Position numbers and translations under genes: made by a program. Below are positions 16,509 through 23,609 of a stretch of DNA of 26,267 bases, in pieces. The notes beneath the pieces are model-generated. The model was not told where the DNA came from. It ran no database searches and saw nothing but the letters and a program-made list of their open reading frames with translations. The stretch is taken from IMG/VR virus record IMGVR_UViG_3300032303_002855, positions 1 to 26,267 of that record; one strand, 5' to 3'. This stretch comes from a virus (Duplodnaviria; Caudoviricetes). Within the stretch, counting starts at the first letter, position 1. Each line of letters begins with the position of its first letter.

Positions 16509-17180
16509 ATGATAATAAAAGATGATTATTTAAGTAAAAATTTATATCATAAAGTATTAGAAGATAATTTATTTTTTCCTCAATCAATGGGCGAAAAAAA
16601 ACAAATAGCTGCTCATTTAATGATGTATCATGAAGAATCTTCTAGTTATTATTCTCCATTCATGTTTTGGGATGGTTGGTGGAAAAGTCCAGCAAATACT
16701 TTGAAAAAACAAGTTATACAACAAATATGGGAACAGCATATTGAATGGCCATATGAAGATATTTATGGTTTTGAGTATTGGACAAGAACTTATAATCCGG
16801 GACAATTCATCGATTTACATGTGGACGAAGATACTTTTCTGTATAAAAAAGACAAAACATTTCAAGGACCTATCTTAGGTTGCGTTTATTACGGAGTAGA
16901 CAATGAAGAAGGTGGCTTTTTAGAGCTTCACAAAAACACCTTAATAGATGGACAAAAGAAAACTCCAGACAAAATTAAAGACAAAGAAAACATATCACCC
17001 ATTGAAGACAGAGAGAGAATAGCGTATAAGGGAAATAGGCTAATAATTTTTGATGCCGGCCATGTTGTTCATGGTAGTACGCCTGCTAAATCCGGCCTTA
17101 GGCAAGTACTAGTTGTCAATGTTTGGCACAAAAAAAATCCGCCAGAAGCTCTTTCTAGTGGTGGTTTTTTTTATGAATAA
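16509..17180 (+). CDS. 2OG-Fe(II) dioxygenase, divergent subfamily (no. 4)
   Basis: FEYWTR...LHVDED...PILGCVYY....EGGFLEL...NRLIIFDAGHVVHG......LRQVLVVNVW. Confidence 0.8.
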   Translation: MIIKDDYLSKNLYHKVLEDNLFFPQSMGEKKQIAAHLMMYHEESSSYYSPFMFWDGWWKSPANTLKKQVIQQIWEQHIEWPYEDIYGFEYWTRTYNPGQFIDLHVDEDTFLYKKDKTFQGPILGCVYYGVDNEEGGFLELHKNTLIDGQKKTPDKIKDKENISPIEDRERIAYKGNRLIIFDAGHVVHGSTPAKSGLRQVLVVNVWHKKNPPEALSSGGFFYE

Positions 17181-17194
17181 TAACAATATTATTA

Positions 17195-17205
17195 TGTGAT
17201 ATAAT
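17195..17205 (+). promoter_or_regulatory. Extended -10 promoter, probably giving a leaderless mRNA
   Basis: TGTGATATAAT with TATAAT at 17200-17205, then 7 nt before ATG 17213. No SD sequence. Confidence 0.65.
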
Positions 17206-17212
17206 TATCCCT

Positions 17213-17563
17213 ATGACTCAATCTGTTAATATATCAAACATTTTTGGCAAATGGAATATAGATGTTAATACACCATTTGGAAAAGAAAATTACACTTTAA
17301 AAATAGATAGCTTTGGAGAGCTTAAAGGCAATGACTTTTACCTTTACTACGAAGGATTAGCTGGTTCAATCCAACACGACAAAGGTATTGTAAATTTTAA
17401 AAACGCGCAGTTTGAAGGGAAAACCTTTCATTGTTCTGTTGAAACAGAATTTCCCATAAAATCGACTATATCAATAACTGCAGAATTAATAGAAGACGAT
17501 AAGATATCAGGAATGTTGGAGATAGATCAATATCTTGTAACTTCATTTATCGGAGTTAAATGA
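17213..17563 (+). CDS. Small all-beta hypothetical protein
   Basis: GKWNIDVNTPFGKENYTLKI...ISG......SFIGVK, an alternating beta pattern. ATGA-coupled to the GPx-like gene. Confidence 0.7.
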   Translation: MTQSVNISNIFGKWNIDVNTPFGKENYTLKIDSFGELKGNDFYLYYEGLAGSIQHDKGIVNFKNAQFEGKTFHCSVETEFPIKSTISITAELIEDDKISGMLEIDQYLVTSFIGVK

Positions 17564-18177
17564 TGTCTCTTTATGATTTTTCAGCTTCTTCAATACACGG
17601 AAGAGAAAATTACCTTTCCGAATTTAAAGGTAAGATAACTTTAATAGTAAATATAGCTAGCAAATACGGATATCAACCACAGTGTTCAAAATTATGGTCC
17701 TACGCAAGAACATGTAGGCAACTTGGACAATTGCAAGCTGTCCATGAAGAGTTCTCTGACAGAGGTTTTTCTGTATTAGCATTTCCCTGTAATCAGTTTG
17801 GTTCAATGGACCCTGGCACTAATGAGCAAATAGCAGATTTTATTAAACAAAATTATCCTTTTGTTACTTTTCCTATTTTTGAAAAAGTTGAAGTAAATGG
17901 TAAAAATGAACACGAAGCTTTTGCATTTCTTAAGGGATATGAAAAAAGAGCCTATTCAGACTTTGCAGCAGATGGCAGTGAAGAAGCTCAAAAGGGTCAG
18001 AATCTGGCAGGGCAAGCAATGGCAAGAATCTCTCATAATTATGAAAAGTTTTTAGTAAGTAGAGATGGAGTTATGATATCTAGATTTAACTGGCAAGACA
18101 TGCCGCTAGATGAGGTTCCCAGAATACAGGGTGCAGGCTGGACGATTAGACAGGCTATAGACGAGGTATTAGGATGA
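17560..18177 (+). CDS. Glutathione peroxidase-fold protein with non-canonical active site
   Basis: LYDFSA..I.G...LSEFKGKITLIVNIAS, VLAFPCNQFG, VTFPIFEKVEVNG..EH..F.FLK and NYEKFLVSRDG are GPx signatures. The peroxidatic Cys position is Tyr. Confidence 0.85.
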   Translation: MMSLYDFSASSIHGRENYLSEFKGKITLIVNIASKYGYQPQCSKLWSYARTCRQLGQLQAVHEEFSDRGFSVLAFPCNQFGSMDPGTNEQIADFIKQNYPFVTFPIFEKVEVNGKNEHEAFAFLKGYEKRAYSDFAADGSEEAQKGQNLAGQAMARISHNYEKFLVSRDGVMISRFNWQDMPLDEVPRIQGAGWTIRQAIDEVLG

Positions 18178-19289
18178 CGGAAGATAGTAGTTCTTTTTTT
18201 GAAAAAGATGAATCAAGAATGAGCAGTACTGCGTATCCGGTATCGCCTAATTTTGATGAAACAATTATAAAAGAAATAGCAGACTTTGAAACAGAAGAAT
18301 TAGCACCTGGAATAGTTGTAATAAGAAACGCATTTAAGATAGACCAAGATTTAGTACTCGATCACATAGACTCAAGAGCCGAAGAAGCACATAAGAATAG
18401 ATGGTCATACAAAGAAATAGATGGCGTTACATATGGGATTAATGAAGACGGATTTAAATATAGGATGGAAGATGTTCCAGCAGCTCCTGTAAGAATATTA
18501 GATCCGGTAAATCCCAAGACTGAAGAAGAAATAAAAGATTTTTTCATTTATTTAGAAGATCAAATATATAAAAGTTTAATTAAATACATAGACCATTATC
18601 CATTAATGATCGGATCTATTTGGTGGAAGACTAGAGGCCATATACTTAGGTATGGTGATGGCGGAATACTTGGGTGCCACGCAGATAATGATACAAATTA
18701 TAAGGTAACTAATGGCGTTAGATATATGCCAAAGGGAATGGTTGCTTCCAGACAAACATGTGGAGCATTAGTCTACCTTAATGATTGCGTGGATGATGAG
18801 GACCAGCTAAACGGTAAAAACTTTACTGGTGGACATTTAAGATTTGTTCATCTAGGAGTCTCCTATAAGCCACAAAAAGGAGATATTATATTCTTCCCAA
18901 CAAACTACGTTGCAGCGCATGACGTAGGAAGAATGGGCAATGGAGTTAGGTATTCATACTTAACATTCTTTGGTCAAGGTTCATCTGATCAATCTGCAAA
19001 TGTTATAATATCTGAACCTTCAGAGAGCTTCGAATGGTGTCCTCCTGTTTGGTTTAATAATATCTACGATGATTACGAGATGTATTGCAGAACCCCTTAT
19101 TCTAGATGGGAAAAAAGAGCAGGAGAATTTGGAGTAGAAGCTGGATGGAATCCAGTTTACCAAGGAAGAGAAGTTACCCAATACTCGCAAAGCCATGACG
19201 TGATTGAAGTAGACGCTAAAGAGCAATTGAATACTGCAAATCAAAATTTGCCAGAAGGGCCATGCGGAACAGAACCTAGGTTAGTATAA
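18174..19289 (+). CDS. 2OG-Fe(II) dioxygenase, WWxxxGHI subfamily (no. 5)
   Basis: WWKTRGHI...HADND...LVYLND...GGHLRF...FPTNYVAAHDV.....VRYSY. Confidence 0.88.
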   Translation: MTEDSSSFFEKDESRMSSTAYPVSPNFDETIIKEIADFETEELAPGIVVIRNAFKIDQDLVLDHIDSRAEEAHKNRWSYKEIDGVTYGINEDGFKYRMEDVPAAPVRILDPVNPKTEEEIKDFFIYLEDQIYKSLIKYIDHYPLMIGSIWWKTRGHILRYGDGGILGCHADNDTNYKVTNGVRYMPKGMVASRQTCGALVYLNDCVDDEDQLNGKNFTGGHLRFVHLGVSYKPQKGDIIFFPTNYVAAHDVGRMGNGVRYSYLTFFGQGSSDQSANVIISEPSESFEWCPPVWFNNIYDDYEMYCRTPYSRWEKRAGEFGVEAGWNPVYQGREVTQYSQSHDVIEVDAKEQLNTANQNLPEGPCGTEPRLV

Positions 19290-20215
19290 TGTTTGAAATA
19301 AAAGAAGATAATATAGAGATACACGATATGGGGATCGTTGTTTTTAAGAATGTTCTTCCTATGAAAAAACATGGATACATACTCGATTTTGCAAGATCAT
19401 TAAGATTAAAGGCACTGAAAGATGATTTCACTTTTATTTATGATGACTTAGGAAATCCAAGCTATGCGATAAATAGAAGTGGGCACAGATATACATTAGA
19501 AGATGTAGACATTGCATGCAATCACATAATGGACTTTATGCACGAAGGTTTAGACAAAAAGTACTTTGATTTATTCAATGCATGCGAAGACGCTTTATAT
19601 GCTTGCATGTTAAGATACGTAGAGATGTTCCCTATGATGCTGACCTGCTTATGGTGGAGAACTCAAGGTCATATAGTCGGTTATGGAAAGGGTGGTAGAT
19701 TTGGCAAGCATTGTGACAACGATGTAAACTACCAACCAGGAGCAGAGCCAGATCAACAGTTGGCTATAAGAAATGTTTTAGGTGGACTAATCTATTTCAA
19801 TAACTCAGCTCCTTCTTTTGAAGAAGTAAAAAGTAATAACGATTACATTGGTGGAGAAATAGTTTTTCCATATGCAAAGTTTACATATTCACCAAAAGCA
19901 GGAGATGTATTGATGTTTCCTTCTAATTACCTTGGCACTCATAAGGTTTTGGAGTGTAAAGAGGGTGAAAGATACGCTTATGTTGGTTATTTTGCACAAG
20001 GATCTAACGATCCATCTAGGGGTATAAATATAAGACAACCTTCAGAAGTAATGGATAGCGGTCAAGTATGGATGCCAAATATAGTAGAAGATTACTTAAA
20101 GTCGATAGAAAAAAGACATACTAATACAGATAAAGAATCACTATCACTATTAACAGAGGCAGCAAAAAGACCAATGACTAGCAATAATACTAATCAGGAA
20201 ATTGGTAGAATATGA
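19289..20215 (+). CDS. 2OG-Fe(II) dioxygenase, WWxxxGHI subfamily (no. 6)
   Basis: WWRTQGHI...HCDND...LIYFNN...GGEIVF...FPSNYLGTHKV....GERYAY. Confidence 0.88.
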   Translation: MFEIKEDNIEIHDMGIVVFKNVLPMKKHGYILDFARSLRLKALKDDFTFIYDDLGNPSYAINRSGHRYTLEDVDIACNHIMDFMHEGLDKKYFDLFNACEDALYACMLRYVEMFPMMLTCLWWRTQGHIVGYGKGGRFGKHCDNDVNYQPGAEPDQQLAIRNVLGGLIYFNNSAPSFEEVKSNNDYIGGEIVFPYAKFTYSPKAGDVLMFPSNYLGTHKVLECKEGERYAYVGYFAQGSNDPSRGINIRQPSEVMDSGQVWMPNIVEDYLKSIEKRHTNTDKESLSLLTEAAKRPMTSNNTNQEIGRI

Positions 20216-21093
20216 TTTTTAAGAAGGTAGAACCTAAACACCTCGGTGGTGGAGTAGTAGTTTTTGAAGGCTGCTTAGAATTAGATTGGGACAATCTACT
20301 AAAAAGATCAAATGAATTGATAGAAGAAGAGTGGAACGAGATGTATTCTCCGGGGGTAGATCCAGAAACCAACGAAGAAATATATGTAAACAAAAGTGGA
20401 TACTTCTTTAATAAAGATAGCATAGACCTAATGCCCAAGAGAGCTAGTGCAATCCACTATAAGAATAACGAAGATTTGCGCGATATCCTTTCCTTTATAG
20501 AGTCTTCAAAAGATAAGTGCTTACTGCAATATTTTGAGCTATTTCCTTTGGCATATAAGTGCGTATGGTGGAAGGTCAAGGGTCACATCCTTCAGTATCC
20601 AAAGAACGTTTACCTTGGTTCACATTCTGATATTAGCGGTGATTATATCTATGGAGTCCTAGAGCCTCAAGATCAACTAGCGTTGAGAAATGTGATTAGC
20701 AGCTTAGTCTACTTTAACGATTCAGTCGACAATAAAGAGGATCTAGACGCTAATAATTACATTGGTGGACATCATTATTTTAACTATTTAGACATAGACT
20801 ATTCTCCCAAAAAGGGAGATATATTATTCTTTCCTTCTAATTACATGGCTGCTCATGAGGTTAAGCCAGTTATAGAAGGTTTTAGATACAGCTACCTTGG
20901 ATGGTATAGCCAGGGAACCCCCAATCCAGCAGTTCATGAATATGTGGCAGATCCATTAAAAGATCCTGAATTATCAAAAAAGGCCACAAACGTATACATG
21001 CCAACCTTAAGAGAAGATCTAAAAAATCATCTATTAGAATCTGGATATAAAGAAGATTCTCCTCAGTTTTATATTACAAAATCAAATTATTAA
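20212..21093 (+). CDS. 2OG-Fe(II) dioxygenase, WWxxxGHI subfamily (no. 7)
   Basis: WWKVKGHI...HSD...LVYFND...GGHHYF...FPSNYMAAHEV....GFRYSY. Confidence 0.88.
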   Translation: MIFKKVEPKHLGGGVVVFEGCLELDWDNLLKRSNELIEEEWNEMYSPGVDPETNEEIYVNKSGYFFNKDSIDLMPKRASAIHYKNNEDLRDILSFIESSKDKCLLQYFELFPLAYKCVWWKVKGHILQYPKNVYLGSHSDISGDYIYGVLEPQDQLALRNVISSLVYFNDSVDNKEDLDANNYIGGHHYFNYLDIDYSPKKGDILFFPSNYMAAHEVKPVIEGFRYSYLGWYSQGTPNPAVHEYVADPLKDPELSKKATNVYMPTLREDLKNHLLESGYKEDSPQFYITKSNY

Positions 21094-21101
21094 GGAACTT
21101 T

Positions 21102-21908
21102 ATGAAATCAAAACACATTGGAATGGGTGTTGTCATATGCGAAGACGTAATTGATATTGATCAAGATCTTCTTTTTGAATATATGGATTGGATTTGCAAA
21201 AATCAAGAAGATACATTTACTTACCATGAAGAAGATGGAATAAAGTATGCTACTAATAAAACTGGTTTTAAATTTAATCTAAAAGATATAGAAAAAGCTC
21301 CTCAAAGATTCTTGGATACTAAAGGTAAACAACTAGATGTTGAAGTCCCTCAAAAGTATATAGATTTCATCGACTCCCTGGAAGAGGCTATATACGATGC
21401 TCTAGTTGAGTACTGCTGCTATTTCCCTGACGCTGCAACAACTTCTTGGTGGAGACCCAATGGTCATATAGCTGGATACGAAAACGGACAGGGAATAGGT
21501 CAACACTGCGACGACCAAGTACCTTATGAATGGGGTAAGCCAACCGGGAATCAAGTATCAATGCACAATAGCTCAAGCATCAATCTTTACCTAAATGATT
21601 GCGTCGACACAGAAGAAGAATTAAATGAATATACTTTTACTGGTGGAGAAATACATTTTCCAAATATTCCTTTTGTATTTAAACCTAAAAAGGGATCTAT
21701 AGCAATATACCCATCATCTTACATCGGTAGACATGAAGTCTTTCCTGTGGTCAATGGGCAAAGATATGCCTATTTAAGCATAGCTTGCTACGGTACATCA
21801 TTTGACCAGGAAGAGGCAGTAGGTCAGGAGAACCAGCATAAATACTGGATGCCAAACTTAATATCTGATTATCAAAAAAGATTAAGTACAAAAACTTTTA
21901 CTCTTTAA
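21102..21908 (+). CDS. 2OG-Fe(II) dioxygenase, WWxxxGHI subfamily (no. 8)
   Basis: WWRPNGHI...HCDD...NLYLND...GGEIHF...YPSSYIGRHEV....GQRYAY. Confidence 0.88.
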   Translation: MKSKHIGMGVVICEDVIDIDQDLLFEYMDWICKNQEDTFTYHEEDGIKYATNKTGFKFNLKDIEKAPQRFLDTKGKQLDVEVPQKYIDFIDSLEEAIYDALVEYCCYFPDAATTSWWRPNGHIAGYENGQGIGQHCDDQVPYEWGKPTGNQVSMHNSSSINLYLNDCVDTEEELNEYTFTGGEIHFPNIPFVFKPKKGSIAIYPSSYIGRHEVFPVVNGQRYAYLSIACYGTSFDQEEAVGQENQHKYWMPNLISDYQKRLSTKTFTL

Positions 21909-21927
21909 CAATAGCAACTTAACCTAT

Positions 21928-21934
21928 TACTATT
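21928..21934 (+). promoter_or_regulatory. TACTATT variant of the putative late promoter
   Basis: Intergenic, 36 nt before ATG 21964. Confidence 0.4.
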
Positions 21935-21963
21935 AATGTTATAGTTTAAAAATGGAGCAATCA

Positions 21964-22257
21964 ATGGCCACTTACAACCAAAGTCAAATAGGATACAATC
22001 AGGCATCTATATCTTATGCTGGAACACTGATCATAAACGTAGAAGGTATAGCTAACCCTATTATATTAAATAATATAACAGTTATCACTTCTGTTAAAAA
22101 TGATTATTCTACCGCTTCAACTATAGGAGTTATATCAATAGACTATGCTCCAACTGGAATAATAACTTTAGAAGTTGGAAGTAGTCAATCTGGACAGCTG
22201 TTAAACTCCTTGGGATCCGTAAGAACTTCTGGAGAAATTGTAGTAGAGCTAATTTAA
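21964..22257 (+). CDS. Small hypothetical (likely structural) protein
   Basis: GGAG at 21954-21957 favours ATG 21964 over 21952. N-terminus MATYNQSQIGYNQASISYAG has a Tyr every seven residues. Confidence 0.55.
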   Translation: MATYNQSQIGYNQASISYAGTLIINVEGIANPIILNNITVITSVKNDYSTASTIGVISIDYAPTGIITLEVGSSQSGQLLNSLGSVRTSGEIVVELI

Positions 22258-22283
22258 CTCTTGGAATTAAGTTTTTAAAACAC

Positions 22284-22290
22284 TACTATA
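22284..22290 (+). promoter_or_regulatory. TACTATA motif, putative late promoter
   Basis: Intergenic, 40 nt before ATG 22324. Confidence 0.55.
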
Positions 22291-22323
22291 TTAACATAAT
22301 CCACTAAACTTTGAGGTAATGTA

Positions 22324-23247
22324 ATGTCTGCAGCAAACGTTCTCGTTAATGATACCGTTAGAATTAAAGTACATTTTGTAGATATAAATTCAGTTACAGA
22401 ACAACAAGTAGACGTAAACCCTATATCTGTGGCCGTTAAGATATACAACTCAAGTGATCAGCAAGTTGTATCCGGTTCTGCTACTAGTTTAACTTCTTCA
22501 ACTTTTTATTACGACTACAAACCAAACACTGCTGGTGAATATAGAATTCAATTTGTAGGTACTTTATCAGATGGAACTTTAATAGTAGTAGAACAGCAAT
22601 TATATGTCAGTACATCAACCGTTGACTATAGGCCAACTGTAACCTTAAGAGCTACAGAAACCATCTATTTTTCTGCTGATATTGCTCCTTTATATGTAGA
22701 CCCAGAATTATTGTTACCATATTTTCCAGAAGCATCTGTTCTTCAAGTAGGGGAAATAATTCACTACTACTCTAAAGAAGTAACTGAAATATATACATCA
22801 TCTTCTAATGAAATAGTAAATAATGGTTCCTCTTTAAACTTTACTGCCCAAGAATATATTAAAGCAGCTACAGCTTGTGAATTAAGTAGAACCTATGGAT
22901 ACGGTGGAGGAGATGACGAAGTATCAGTAAGATTGGGAGATTTAGAAATTAGGAACAGAAACTCTCCAAGAAGCTTGGTCACAAGAGCAAATGCTGTTAC
23001 TTGGTGCCAAATTGCTACAGCTCTAAGATCTGAAATGATAGCGCACAAAATTGGAGCTAAAGGAGTGGTTATTAGGAATTCCAATGCTAATATACCTAAT
23101 CCTAGTACGGTTGACCCTTTAACTGGTACATCGGTATATCTTTCTGAAACAGGTTTATACACAATGGGAACTAATGGTAATTTAACCATAGATCCAAACG
23201 GAGACAATTACAGTAATCCAGATAGAACATTAAAGAAGTATGATTGA
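22324..23247 (+). CDS. Putative head-tail adaptor with an N-terminal Ig-like domain
   Basis: GAGGT RBS. N-terminal beta domain (FYYDYKPNTAGEYRIQF). C-terminal AQEYIKAATACELSR...SVRLGDLEI resembles adaptor (SPP1 gp15/HK97 gp6-like) helix plus beta-hairpin. Positional support. Confidence 0.55.
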   Translation: MSAANVLVNDTVRIKVHFVDINSVTEQQVDVNPISVAVKIYNSSDQQVVSGSATSLTSSTFYYDYKPNTAGEYRIQFVGTLSDGTLIVVEQQLYVSTSTVDYRPTVTLRATETIYFSADIAPLYVDPELLLPYFPEASVLQVGEIIHYYSKEVTEIYTSSSNEIVNNGSSLNFTAQEYIKAATACELSRTYGYGGGDDEVSVRLGDLEIRNRNSPRSLVTRANAVTWCQIATALRSEMIAHKIGAKGVVIRNSNANIPNPSTVDPLTGTSVYLSETGLYTMGTNGNLTIDPNGDNYSNPDRTLKKYD

Positions 23248-23608
23248 TCTAGTTGCAACCTTTAGAAATACATTAAAACAATGGGGACATGATATACTCT
23301 TACAGAGGCGTTTAAATGACAACATGTTGTATTCTGCAAGAATGGAAAAGACAACAGTAAGATCTTATAACGCTCAATTGACTGGTCAAACTAATTCACT
23401 TATGGAGAATATAGAAGGTCTAAACGTAAACTCTGAAATGATTTACTACTTTGACAGTTTAGCTAATCCTAAATCTGGAGATAGAATTTATGAAGAATAT
23501 CCAACAGGAGTACAAATATTCATGATAGACCAAGCTACTCCAGTTAAGGGTAGAATGGGTAAAATCGTATATTGGGTAGTTGGAGCAACTAAAGAAAGTC
23601 CATCCTAA
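23240..23608 (+). CDS. Putative head-closure (stopper) protein
   Basis: 122 aa, WGHDILLQRR...YYFDSLANPKSGDRIYE...FMIDQATPV.G..GKIVYW. Size, pattern and position fit head-closure proteins. Confidence 0.55.
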   Translation: MIDLVATFRNTLKQWGHDILLQRRLNDNMLYSARMEKTTVRSYNAQLTGQTNSLMENIEGLNVNSEMIYYFDSLANPKSGDRIYEEYPTGVQIFMIDQATPVKGRMGKIVYWVVGATKESPS

Positions 23609-23609
23609 A

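Noticed and set aside
17560-18177. Selenocysteine recoding in the GPx-like gene
   Set aside because: No in-frame TGA; the codon at the catalytic position is TAC (Tyr).
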